Assembly: GCA_963794325.1 (NCBI GenBank)
Contig: CAWCDG010000006.1
Coordinates: 1-64,000, forward strand
Source: an uncultured delta proteobacterium
GTDB lineage: Bacteria > Desulfobacterota > Binatia > Binatales > Binataceae
Direction of reading: 5' to 3'
DNA length: 64,000 nt
Shown one piece after another: positions 46,145 to 55,507 of this stretch. Within the stretch, counting starts at the first letter, position 1. Each line of letters opens with the position of its first letter. The translations under genes were made by a program, and so were the position numbers. Under the pieces are notes generated by a model. That model did no database searches and was not told the origin of the DNA. It worked only from the letters and a program-made list of their open reading frames with translations.

Positions 46145-46918
46145 CTAGAGCGGCCCCGACATGCCGTCGCGCCGGATTCGCCAGAAATGCACCGCCATGA
46201 AGATAGTCGCGATCAACGGAAAAAAGATGCAGTGCAAAATGTAGAAGCGCAGCAGCGTGTGCGGTCCGATTTCCGCGCCGCCGAAAATAAATGCGCGCGC
46301 GTCGTAAACCGGATTTACGCCGAGTACTTCATGGAACGGGCCGCCATGCCCGAGCAGCGGCGTCGCGCGCGCCATGTTCGATCCGACGGTCACCGCCCAG
46401 ATAGAAAGTTGATCCCACGGCAGCAGGTATCCGGTGAACGACAGCAACAGCGTCAGCACCAGCAGGATCACGCCGACCACCCAGTTGAACTCGCGCGGCG
46501 GTTTGTACGATCCCGTCATGAACACGCGGAACATATGCAGCCACACCGCGATTACCATGCCGTGCGCGGCCCATCGATGCATATTGCGCATCAGCATCCC
46601 GAACGGCATGTCGAACTCGAGGTACTTCATGTCGGCGTATGCGTATTCGGCGGTCGGCCGATAGTAGAACATCAAGTACACGCCGGTGATGACGGTGACG
46701 AGGAAAAGCAGAAACGTGATGCCGCCCATGCACCAGGTGAAGCGCAGCCGGACGGTATGTTTCTGCACTTTCGACGGATGCAGATGCAGCCACACGTTGC
46801 CGGAGACCATCAGGATCCGGTTGCGCGGCGTGTCTTCGTAGCCGTGCCTGAAGATCGATTGCCAGGCCTGCGAATCGGTTATCTGGCGTTTCGTTTCGTT
46901 CCAGTCAAACTTTGCCAT
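46145..46918 (-). CDS. Cytochrome b6-type subunit (PetB/QcrB-like)
   Basis: WCMGG (heme ci Cys), MHRWAAH, LHMFRVF..GSYKPPREFNW, TGYLLPWDQ, RFYILH...VHF. Confidence 0.93.
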   Translation of the reverse strand: MAKFDWNETKRQITDSQAWQSIFRHGYEDTPRNRILMVSGNVWLHLHPSKVQKHTVRLRFTWCMGGITFLLFLVTVITGVYLMFYYRPTAEYAYADMKYLEFDMPFGMLMRNMHRWAAHGMVIAVWLHMFRVFMTGSYKPPREFNWVVGVILLVLTLLLSFTGYLLPWDQLSIWAVTVGSNMARATPLLGHGGPFHEVLGVNPVYDARAFIFGGAEIGPHTLLRFYILHCIFFPLIATIFMAVHFWRIRRDGMSGPL

Positions 46919-47115
46919 CCGCTAACCAAGCTCCATAGAGCCGCCGGAAAAGGCGCTCACAGCAATCTCAGCAAAAACTGTGAAAAAATCAAATCCTTAC
47001 GACAATGTACCCACGAGCATGCTCGAAATCCGGCGTAAGGCTACCTAATTTTGCCCGACCTCTGCAACAAAAAAGGCTCATTGAAGCGGAATTTCTATTA
47101 CGTTCGAACCAAACA

Positions 47116-47150
47116 AAACCACCGGAGCGATTATGTCGCTCCGGTGGTTT
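47116..47150 (-). terminator. Intrinsic terminator downstream of the beta-helix gene
   Basis: AAACCACCGGAGCGA/TCGCTCCGGTGGTTT stem with a T-rich tail on the minus strand. Confidence 0.75.
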
Positions 47151-47223
47151 CGTCATCCAGGAGAAGGCGCGCTGTGAGTCGGTGCCCGTCAAGGGCACAT
47201 CGTGCGGGCCGTTCTGCGCCGTT

Positions 47224-49188
47224 CTATTTCTTCCTGGCAGCCTTTCCCATTCCGGAGAGCGACACCGACTGTGGCGAGCCGCTCGCATTGTCAAAAATCA
47301 TAAGGCTGCCAGTCTCAGCCGTCGTATCATCCACCGGCTTGAAAGTCACCGACACCTTGCAGCTCTTGCCGGGCTTGAGCGTCTTCTTGCATTGCGACTT
47401 CACCGCGAACACCGACGGCGACGCGCTCTCCATCTCGACGTTGACGGGCACGCCGGTTTTCCTGTTGCCGTTATTTTTGATCGTGACCCTCTTGAACTTG
47501 CTGGTTTTCCCGACGGTCGTCTTCGCTCCAAAATTCAGTGAAGAGGGACTGACCAACACCATCCCAACGGGAGTCTGCGTGGCAGTCGGAGTGGCAGTCG
47601 GGGTCGCCGTGCGAGTTGCCGTTGCTGTGGCCGTCGGAGTTGCAACCGTCGACGTTGCCGTTGGAGTAGCGGTCGCAGTTGCTGTGGGAGTCGGAGTGGC
47701 CGGACAACCGGCGCCTTCGCACGCATACGCTCCGATGAACGGCGGGGTGGGCAGCGGATTTCCGTCCATATCGGTGGCGGGTACGCCGAAGGTTGTGGTT
47801 CCGGCACCCAACGCCGGACTGCCTGACTGAAGATGGAAATCGGCAGTATTTGAATCCGCAAACAGCGGGTCCTCGCCCCATACATTGGAGTCCTCCGGCG
47901 GAGCCATGCCGCCCGCGCAGGAACTGCCGACCAGCGGAGTGCCGCTGCTGTTGTAACAAAGGGTGAGATTGTTGTCCCAGGTTGCGGTTCCGTTCTGGTC
48001 GTAAATCGCGTCTGCAGTAGCGTGGATTACCTGACTGGCTACGGCGATGTTGTTCGCATAAATATTTCCCGCGGAACTGCTGCCTTCATTGGCTAGTTCA
48101 GCAGGGACGCTGGGGCCATTTGTTCCGCCGGCCTGGTTCTCGAAAGCAGTGTTGTTGCGATACGTGATGTTGCTGCTCTGGTAGGGTTTGATGCCCACAC
48201 CGCCGTTGCCGTAGGCGAGATTTTCCTCGACCAGGCCATCCTGCGTGTAGGCCGGCTGAGAGCGCGCGCATCCGTTTTGTGTATTGTTCCAGTCATCAAA
48301 GATAATCCCGTTGCCGTCGTGACAGTTCGTAACCCCGACGTTGCTGTTGGCGTACGAGGTGTTGTGTGAGACCCAGTTGTGAAAACCGGATTGGCTGTCC
48401 GATGCGATTGCCTCGTAGAAAGAAATACCAGAGCCGCAATAGGTGGCGAATTTCCCGCAATCGTGGATCGTATTGTCATAAATCGCGGCGTAATCGGAAC
48501 AGTTCATCGCGATCCCATCGCCGCCGGTGTCATGGATCAGATTGTTCGTCGCGCATTTGAAGGTTCCATCCCCGTAAATACCCTCGTCGCCTCCGCTGAT
48601 TTCGAATCCGTTGACCTCGGTGTAATTGCCGTGAATCAGGAACTCACGAACCTGGTTTCCGGGCGATCCCACGACTGCAGACGGCCGCACGACGTGCGCG
48701 CCCTGCGGCGTTGGCGATACAAAAAATATCCAGTGGCCTGCGGTGCCGTTGGTGCTGCTGGTAACCTGCTCGTTGTAGGTGCCGGGGCTTACGCAGATAA
48801 CTGAACCGGCCACCGCGACCGACGCAGCCTTGCTGATTGTCAGGAATGGCTTGGACGAGGTACCTGGATTGGAGTTGGAGCCGGTTGTCGCCACGTACAG
48901 CGTGCAGGGGCCGGGCGTCGGGCATCGATCCGCAAGATCGAGCGGGACCGCGGAGTTGGCCGATGCAAAGTTCGACTCAACAGGCTCTAGCGCGTTGACC
49001 GGGGAAGTGGTTGCAGCTCCCGCGTGCGCAACGCCAAATCCAGACAGTAACAAGACGAAGGCGGCTGCAAGGATTGGAAACAAGCCCGGTTTGCTTTCAG
49101 CGCGCTCCATCCTGGGATTCGCCAGCGCTGGAACCAGAGTGTAGGGCACATTCGTGAGTGTCATGAATTTTCCTGCGTACCTGATCAT
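47224..49188 (-). CDS. Secreted right-handed beta-helix protein (DUF1565-like N-terminus) with a PT/AT linker and a C-terminal ASH/Ig-like domain
   Basis: YVATTGSNSNPGT..PF.TI.KA...PGTY.E; N-rich repeats; DPLF...DFHLQSGSPA; PTPTATATAT; VSPSSLNFG...C..TLKPGKSC.VSVTF.P. Confidence 0.8.
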   Translation of the reverse strand: MIRYAGKFMTLTNVPYTLVPALANPRMERAESKPGLFPILAAAFVLLLSGFGVAHAGAATTSPVNALEPVESNFASANSAVPLDLADRCPTPGPCTLYVATTGSNSNPGTSSKPFLTISKAASVAVAGSVICVSPGTYNEQVTSSTNGTAGHWIFFVSPTPQGAHVVRPSAVVGSPGNQVREFLIHGNYTEVNGFEISGGDEGIYGDGTFKCATNNLIHDTGGDGIAMNCSDYAAIYDNTIHDCGKFATYCGSGISFYEAIASDSQSGFHNWVSHNTSYANSNVGVTNCHDGNGIIFDDWNNTQNGCARSQPAYTQDGLVEENLAYGNGGVGIKPYQSSNITYRNNTAFENQAGGTNGPSVPAELANEGSSSAGNIYANNIAVASQVIHATADAIYDQNGTATWDNNLTLCYNSSGTPLVGSSCAGGMAPPEDSNVWGEDPLFADSNTADFHLQSGSPALGAGTTTFGVPATDMDGNPLPTPPFIGAYACEGAGCPATPTPTATATATPTATSTVATPTATATATRTATPTATPTATQTPVGMVLVSPSSLNFGAKTTVGKTSKFKRVTIKNNGNRKTGVPVNVEMESASPSVFAVKSQCKKTLKPGKSCKVSVTFKPVDDTTAETGSLMIFDNASGSPQSVSLSGMGKAARKK

Positions 49189-49304
49189 TTGTTCCTCACC
49201 CGTGTAAAATAGCGGCGATTTGTAAACGGGCGTTAGTAACTAAAAACGCCTCTTTGTTTTGAATTGACTCTCAACGCGGCTATCTTCGTCCTAAAACAAA
49301 GCGT

Positions 49305-49320
49305 TACGTCATTTGACGTA
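49305..49320. promoter_or_regulatory. 7-2-7 inverted repeat, candidate LuxR/NarL-type operator
   Basis: TACGTCA-TT-TGACGTA between divergent genes. Confidence 0.5.
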
Positions 49321-49354
49321 AGCTGGACAATACGGAATTGTACGTAACTCGTCT

Positions 49355-50440
49355 ATGATCGAACGGGGGCAATACGAAAAGTTGATGCGTCTGCTGCCGG
49401 AGTTGTACTCCGTACGCACGCTCGACAGCTTTCCTCAGCAAGTAATTGGACTGGTTCCCCAGCTGATTCGCGTAGATTCGTGCGGCTTCAACGAAACCAA
49501 CTTTGCGCGCCGGCGGTTCGAGACGTTTGCGACCCCGTCGCTCGGGGCGCGGGTTCCCAACGCGGACGAAACCCTCGCGCGCCTGATGCATCAGCATCCG
49601 ATGGTTCTGCACAACCGCAACACCGATCAGCGCGCTCTGAAGATGTCGGACCTTCTATCGCAGCGCCAGTTTCATAGGCTCGAGCTCTACGACGTGATTT
49701 ATCGGCCGGCGCGCGTTGAATACCTGATGACCGGCGGGTTCGAGGTCTCGCCGGCCGGCGACATCGTGACGATAGCCTTCGGCCGCGAGGCGGCGGACTT
49801 CAGCGAAGACGAGCGGGATTTGCTGGATTTGCTGCGACCTCATCTGCGGCAGGCGTACGCAAATGCCGACGCGATGACGACCTTCGAGTGCCAACTCCTC
49901 GGCCGCGAGCAGGCGCTCGAAGAGGCAGTAGATACGGCGGTCGTCGTCGTTCAGAACCTGACCATCAAACACGCGAGTCGGTTCGCGCTCCGATTGCTGT
50001 CAACCTTCTTCCGCGACGATCTGGCGCCGAATGACCAGCTTCCGGATCGGCTCCTGCGATGGGTTCGCTTTTGGCAAACCTCGCTGGACGGCAAACGATC
50101 CGATAGCCGGCCGTGCTCCCCATTGATCGTTGAATCAGACGAGGCGCGCCTGAACATCCGGATGCTGACGACGAGTCGAGATGGCGAAGTCCTTCTTTTG
50201 CTGAGCCGCGAGGCCGGGCGCGATCGTCCAGAGTCGCTACAACGCCTCGGCCTCGCACGGCGCGAAGCGGAAGTGCTGTTCTGGATCTCGAAAGGCAAGA
50301 CCAGCCGCGAGATTGCCGCGATTTTGTCCATCACGCGAAGGACGGTGGACAAGCACGTTGAACGCATCCATCGGAAGCTCGGCGTCGAAACCCGCACCGC
50401 CGCCGCCGCAATCGCGTGGTCCGCGATGCACGATTCCTAG
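49355..50440 (+). CDS. LuxR-family HTH regulator with an N-terminal sensor domain
   Basis: LARREAEVLFWISKGKTSREIAAILSITRRTVDKHVERIHRKLGV. Confidence 0.9.
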   Translation: MIERGQYEKLMRLLPELYSVRTLDSFPQQVIGLVPQLIRVDSCGFNETNFARRRFETFATPSLGARVPNADETLARLMHQHPMVLHNRNTDQRALKMSDLLSQRQFHRLELYDVIYRPARVEYLMTGGFEVSPAGDIVTIAFGREAADFSEDERDLLDLLRPHLRQAYANADAMTTFECQLLGREQALEEAVDTAVVVVQNLTIKHASRFALRLLSTFFRDDLAPNDQLPDRLLRWVRFWQTSLDGKRSDSRPCSPLIVESDEARLNIRMLTTSRDGEVLLLLSREAGRDRPESLQRLGLARREAEVLFWISKGKTSREIAAILSITRRTVDKHVERIHRKLGVETRTAAAAIAWSAMHDS

Positions 50441-50494
50441 CACTCCCGGCTCGATCGTCGGGAGAGGGGAAGCGCGATCCGCGTGGAAACTATA

Positions 50495-50887
50495 TTACGA
50501 CTGCGGCTTTGGCTTCTCGCGGCGGAAGCGGCTGAAGAATGCGACGATCAATCCCCACAGCACCATCAATACCGCGATACCGATTATGCCGAGGCCTACG
50601 CCGGCCAGGATTCCCGTCGCGCACAGTATCGCGCCGACTACGAACAGCGGAATTGCGAATGCGATCGGATTGAACGGATCGTTGCGCGCCGCGCGCTCGA
50701 CCATCGCGGCCGCCTGATCAGCTGCGCCGGCGTCCTCGTTGCTTTCTTTCAGCAGGCTCACCGCATAGTCAGTGAGTTCCTGGCGATTAGGCATCGCGCG
50801 CAGTCGGTCGGCCAGCTCTTTGGCGAGCTGCTCGACGCGTTCGTCGTTCTCCTGGGATTCAGAGTCGGGTTTGTTCGATTCAGCCAC
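50495..50887 (-). CDS. Hypothetical two-TM protein
   Basis: C-terminal hydrophobic hairpin. Confidence 0.65.
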   Translation of the reverse strand: MAESNKPDSESQENDERVEQLAKELADRLRAMPNRQELTDYAVSLLKESNEDAGAADQAAAMVERAARNDPFNPIAFAIPLFVVGAILCATGILAGVGLGIIGIAVLMVLWGLIVAFFSRFRREKPKPQS

Positions 50888-50976
50888 GCTGTGCTTGTCT
50901 TCCCCGCCCCGTGGCTAACACCTATCGGACATGAGATCGAGTTGTCAACGTAACCCGAGCCTCGACCGCTCCCGAG

Positions 50977-53457
50977 CTACAGACTGACTCTCCGCAGTCT
51001 TAGCGCGTTGGCGATTACCGACACCGAACTCAGACTCATCGCGGCGCTCGCGATGATTGGACTCAGCAGCAGGCCGAATACGGGGTAGAGAACGCCGGCG
51101 GCGATCGGTATCCCGAGCGCGTTGTAGATAAACGCAAAGAAAAGGTTCTGCCGGATGTTGCGCATCGTCGCACGGCTCAAGCGCCGCGCCTTCGCGATAC
51201 CCCGCAGATCACCCTTTACCAACGTGACGCCCGCGCTCTCCATCGCGACGTCGGTGCCTGTTCCCATCGCTATACCGACCTGCGCCTGGGCGAGGGCGGG
51301 CGCGTCGTTGATCCCGTCACCAGCCATCGCGACGATTCGTCCTTCCGACTGCAATCGCTTCACCACCGAGGCTTTCTGATCGGGCAACACCTCTGCCTCG
51401 ACCTGTTCGATACCCAGTTTTTTCGCGACCGCCGCCGCAGTGACCCGGTTGTCGCCGGTCAGCACGACAATCTTGACACCGTCGTCCTGCAGCATCTTCA
51501 GCGCTTCCGCGGTGGACGCCTTGATTGGATCGGCAACGCCGATGAGCCCTGCAGGACGGCCGTCGATCGCGACGAACATCACGGTTTGACCATCTTTGCG
51601 CTGCGCGTCGGCGTCGGCGGAAGCAGAGTCGAAGGCAACGCCGAGCGCGCCCATCATATGCTCATTACCAAGCGCTACTTTGCGGCCCTCGATGCGCCCG
51701 GATACGCCTTGGCCGGTCACCGACTTGAAGTCCTCGGCCGTCGCGAGCGTCAACTTGCGCTCTTCGGCGCCTGCAACCATCGCGGCGGCCAGCGGATGCT
51801 CGCTGCCACGCTCGAGGCTGGCGGCTAGGCGCAACACGTCGGCCTCGGTGAAACCGTCGAGCGCGGTGACCGAGACTAGTCGCGGCTTTCCTTCGGTCAG
51901 AGTCCCGGTCTTGTCGACGACGAGCGTGTTCACCTTCTCGAGAATCTCCAGCGCTTCGGCATTCTTGATCAGTACGCCCGCCGTCGCACCACGCCCAGTG
52001 CCGACCATGATCGCCATGGGAGTCGCAAGCCCGAGCGCGCACGGACACGCGATGATCAGAACTGCGACCGCGTTTACCAGCGCATAAGCCATCCGCGGCT
52101 GCGGGCCGACCATCGCCCAGACAATGAAAGTAATTACGGCGCAGACCAGGACTGCCGGAACGAAATACGACGCGACTACATCGACGAGCCGTTGAATCGG
52201 AGCGCGGCTTCGCTGCGCCTCACTCACCATGCGGACGATCTGCGCGAGCAGCGTATCGCTGCCGACGCGTTCGGCGCGCATGATGAATCCGCCGGTTCCG
52301 TTGATAGTCGCGCCGATCAGCCGGTCTCCCGGTTTCTTCTCGACCGGGATTGGCTCGCCGGTAACCATCGACTCGTCAACCGAGCTCGTCCCCTCCTCTA
52401 CGACGCCATCCACGGGGACCTTCTCGCCCGGCCGGACGCGCAATCGATCACCTGGGACGACGCGATCGAGCGAGATATCCTCCTCGCGGCCGTCGGGCCT
52501 GATTACGCGTGCGGTCTTCGGTGCCAATCCCAGCAACGCTTTGATCGCGCTGCTCGTATTGCTTCGAGCTCGAAGCTCGAGGACCTGGCCGAGAAGTACC
52601 AACGCCGTGATCGCGGCGGCCGCCTCGAAATAGACCGGCACCGAACCGTCGGCGGCACGGAACGAGTCGGGAAATAAATTCGGGAACAGCGCGGCGAATA
52701 GGCTGTAGCCGTAGGCGACGCCGATACCCATCCCGATCAGAGTGAACATGTTGAGGCTGCGGTTGACGATCGATTGCCACCCGCGAACGAACAGCGGCGC
52801 GCCCGCCCACAGCACGACCGGAGTCGCCAGCGCCAATTCAATCCAGGTTCGCGTCGATGCGGCCATCGCGCGCGCGAGCGGATTGCCAGGAATCATGTCG
52901 GACATTTCGATGAGTATCAGTGGAAGCGCGAGCGCGACGCTTATCCAGAAGCGCCGCGTCATATCCGCTAGTTCCGGGGAAACTTCCTCGTCGGCGCTGA
53001 CAACGCGCGGCTCCAGCGTCATGCCGCAGATTGGACAATTGCCCGGCTCGGAGCGGACGATCTGTGGATGCATCGGGCAGACGTATTCGGTTTTCGAAAC
53101 CGGCGCGATAGGAGCGACAGGCTCGAGCGCCATGCCGCACTTCGGGCACGATCCCGGATGGTCCTGCCGAATCTCGGGATGCATCGGGCAGGTGTATAGA
53201 GGAGCGCCCGGCCCGGCCGGTATCGGAGCGCTGGCTTTTGCCGACTCTCTGTTCGGCAAGCCGCGAGCCAGAATGCCGTCAGGATCGGCTTTAAATTTCT
53301 CGAGACAGCGGAGACCGCAAAAGTGGTAGGTCGTTCCGTTATGTTCGAACGATCCCTTGGCCTTGGCGGGATCGACTTGCATCCCGCATACCGGGTCGGT
53401 GACTTTGGCAGTCGCTAGGGGCGCTGCTTTGGCAGCGGCTGGGTAGTCGGCATTCAT
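50977..53457 (-). CDS. copA: Cu(+)/Ag(+) P1B-1 ATPase with YHS and two CPMH domains
   Basis: DPVCGM..C (YHS), two YxCPMHP...CP.CGM, TGEP, CPC, DKTGT, GDGIND, YN, AMSLSS. Confidence 0.95.
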   Translation of the reverse strand: MNADYPAAAKAAPLATAKVTDPVCGMQVDPAKAKGSFEHNGTTYHFCGLRCLEKFKADPDGILARGLPNRESAKASAPIPAGPGAPLYTCPMHPEIRQDHPGSCPKCGMALEPVAPIAPVSKTEYVCPMHPQIVRSEPGNCPICGMTLEPRVVSADEEVSPELADMTRRFWISVALALPLILIEMSDMIPGNPLARAMAASTRTWIELALATPVVLWAGAPLFVRGWQSIVNRSLNMFTLIGMGIGVAYGYSLFAALFPNLFPDSFRAADGSVPVYFEAAAAITALVLLGQVLELRARSNTSSAIKALLGLAPKTARVIRPDGREEDISLDRVVPGDRLRVRPGEKVPVDGVVEEGTSSVDESMVTGEPIPVEKKPGDRLIGATINGTGGFIMRAERVGSDTLLAQIVRMVSEAQRSRAPIQRLVDVVASYFVPAVLVCAVITFIVWAMVGPQPRMAYALVNAVAVLIIACPCALGLATPMAIMVGTGRGATAGVLIKNAEALEILEKVNTLVVDKTGTLTEGKPRLVSVTALDGFTEADVLRLAASLERGSEHPLAAAMVAGAEERKLTLATAEDFKSVTGQGVSGRIEGRKVALGNEHMMGALGVAFDSASADADAQRKDGQTVMFVAIDGRPAGLIGVADPIKASTAEALKMLQDDGVKIVVLTGDNRVTAAAVAKKLGIEQVEAEVLPDQKASVVKRLQSEGRIVAMAGDGINDAPALAQAQVGIAMGTGTDVAMESAGVTLVKGDLRGIAKARRLSRATMRNIRQNLFFAFIYNALGIPIAAGVLYPVFGLLLSPIIASAAMSLSSVSVIANALRLRRVSL

Positions 53458-54185
53458 ATCAGAAGCTTTGCGCCATGGCGCCATCGGAAATCGCAGCGTT
53501 CAGCTCCGCCGGCGATAGATCCGGTTCGTTCAAGCTCGGCGCCCCAATCCTTGGCGAGCGGAAAATCCAGGTTGCAAAAGGTTTGAACACAGAGCGCCGA
53601 CCTGTTCCTCGATGAGAAGTATTGTGCCGCGGGACAACGCAGGCAATCAAACGCGACTACGCTCGCTTCAGCGGCAACCTCCTTCCATTGGTATGCCGGC
53701 GAACTGAACGGGAAGCGCCGGAACATCTGGGTCGCGACTCTCATTCGTTGAAGCTTGTCTTTTCCTGCCTTGCGACTGAGCATCCACACGACTGCGCCCA
53801 TCTTCCGATAAATTACCCATCCCACATCCACCACCAACTGAGTGGCGTCTTCGTCCGTGCGTCCCGAGTCGATCAGTGCCTGATGAAGCGCGATGGTAAT
53901 TGCCGCGAGATGCAGCACTTGCGTGGGACCGAAACCTTCTTTCGTCGGTACTGTAGGCGCCGATTCAGCGTAGCCGCGCCACACGGCCGCAAGCATTCTG
54001 CCGGCCTCGTCGCGCGGCATCCGGGTCGCGAGAAACTTCCGCACCGATGGTTCGAGCAAGCTTCGGAGAACCAAAGTTCGCAGTTTAATCGCGAATGACA
54101 CGTTTGTGGTTTGGACTCGCGTTCCGTACCTACTGAATCTGAAACTGAGTTGATCTATGGTCCGACTTAGTTCGCACCGGAACAA
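53454..54185 (-). CDS. L-2-amino-thiazoline-4-carboxylic acid hydrolase-like family protein
   Basis: FDCLRCP...LC..FCNLDF...[18 protein letters not shown]; start uncertain. Confidence 0.7.
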   Translation of the reverse strand: MFRCELSRTIDQLSFRFSRYGTRVQTTNVSFAIKLRTLVLRSLLEPSVRKFLATRMPRDEAGRMLAAVWRGYAESAPTVPTKEGFGPTQVLHLAAITIALHQALIDSGRTDEDATQLVVDVGWVIYRKMGAVVWMLSRKAGKDKLQRMRVATQMFRRFPFSSPAYQWKEVAAEASVVAFDCLRCPAAQYFSSRNRSALCVQTFCNLDFPLAKDWGAELERTGSIAGGAERCDFRWRHGAKLLI

Positions 54186-54338
54186 TCGAGAGGCGCGAAC
54201 TGAGCGGCGTGCGCGTGCCCCAAAGAACTATCCGCTCGCGATTTGCGCCGATACCTCACTCCTCAGAGGCTGCCAGCCAAACCGTCAAGCCGGGCGCTGT
54301 CTTGCCGATATCACGTTGTAAAGCGGGACCCAGATGAG

Positions 54339-54428
54339 TTAGGTCGTGCCCTTGTGCTCGAACGATCGCTTGCTCGTGGCGGGATCGAGCTGCATCCCGC
54401 ACACCGGGTCAACGACTTTACTACTCAT
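54339..54428 (-). pseudogene. Truncated YHS-domain fragment (29 aa)
   Basis: MSSKVVDPVCGMQLDPATSKRSFEHKGTT* with a GAGG RBS; the stop falls where Y-x-F-C is expected. Confidence 0.65.
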
Positions 54429-54468
54429 AACCTCAGTCTGGGGCGACTGATGTTGGAAGATACCGAGC

Positions 54469-55086
54469 CTATGGATTCTTGCGCGCGACGATCACCGTAT
54501 GCACTGACATCGGGCTGATCTTGTTGTTGCGCTCGAGCGTGATCGAATGACCCTTGAGCACGTCCTGCTTGCGCAGCTTGGTGGTCCATCCCAGTTGCCG
54601 CGTGATTGGATTCACCACGGTGTTGATCGCTGCAACCAGTTTATTCGAGCTCTGGAAATGCGTCGTCATCGCGATCCGCCCGCCCGGCTTACACACCCGC
54701 ACCATCTCCGACATCATCCGGTACGGATCGGGCACCACGGTCAGCACGTGGAACGAGGTGACGTAGTCGAAGCTGTCGTCGGGATAGTCGAGATTCAGCG
54801 CGTCGCCCTGCCGCAGCTCGATATGCTTCCAGCCATTTTCAGTGACGCGCTTCTTCGCGCGCTCGAGCATGTCGTGCGACGGATCGATCGCGACGACGTG
54901 AGCGTATGGCGGATATCCGCCGAGCGCGATACCGGTGCCGACGCCGACTTCGAGCACGCGATTGCCGGGCCTGAGATTCAGGCTCTCGATAACCTCATGC
55001 TCGCGATCGACGAAAACCCGGCCGAAGAAAAAATCATAGAACCGCGCGAGGTCTGAATAGACGCGGCTTTCATGCGGTTGGGACAT
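54469..55086 (-). CDS. Class I SAM methyltransferase, PmtA-like (phospholipid N-methyltransferase)
   Basis: Y..LARFYDFFFG, VLEVGVGTG, VVPDP, RVCKPGG. Confidence 0.75.
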   Translation of the reverse strand: MSQPHESRVYSDLARFYDFFFGRVFVDREHEVIESLNLRPGNRVLEVGVGTGIALGGYPPYAHVVAIDPSHDMLERAKKRVTENGWKHIELRQGDALNLDYPDDSFDYVTSFHVLTVVPDPYRMMSEMVRVCKPGGRIAMTTHFQSSNKLVAAINTVVNPITRQLGWTTKLRKQDVLKGHSITLERNNKISPMSVHTVIVARKNP

Positions 55087-55151
55087 TGGAAGCTCCCTTG
55101 GGTTGTGCGGCCCAGGAGATCAGTGCGGGACAGGAGCTTCAGCGCGTGGCG

Positions 55152-55346
55152 TCAAGCCGCCGCGTTGATTCCTCGCAACTGACGTTTGACAGAAGTTATA
55201 TCACGCTTGCGAAATCGCCACTGACGGCCTTTTTTGAAGGCCGGAATAATGTTGCGCCGTGCAAATTCATTCACAGTGTCGGGGCTGAGGTCGAGCAGGA
55301 ATGCGACTTCGCGGGAGTTCAGCAGTATGTCGTCTTTATCGGCCAT
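55152..55346 (-). CDS. Excisionase/MerR-like HTH (HTH_17) protein
   Basis: LLNSREVAFLL.....TV...ARR..IPAFK.GRQWRF. Confidence 0.8.
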   Translation of the reverse strand: MADKDDILLNSREVAFLLDLSPDTVNEFARRNIIPAFKKGRQWRFRKRDITSVKRQLRGINAAA

Positions 55347-55507
55347 GTCAGTCCAACAAGACGCCTTTCGGGAATTTTGTCGTGACGCGAATTTGTAATA
55401 TGCGCCTAGCGCCGAAGTCAAGGTAAAAGCTACCAAACACCTGAAAGTTTTCTCAAAATGCCGTCGCGATCATTTAAGTCTATGTCTTATAACGCAATTA
55501 ACGAGGT

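Noticed and set aside
47570-47700. Tandem repeat-like DNA
   Set aside because: Encodes the Pro/Thr/Ala linker of the beta-helix protein.
55152-55346. Prophage or ICE boundary suggested by the excisionase-like HTH
   Set aside because: No integrase, tRNA or att-like repeat nearby.
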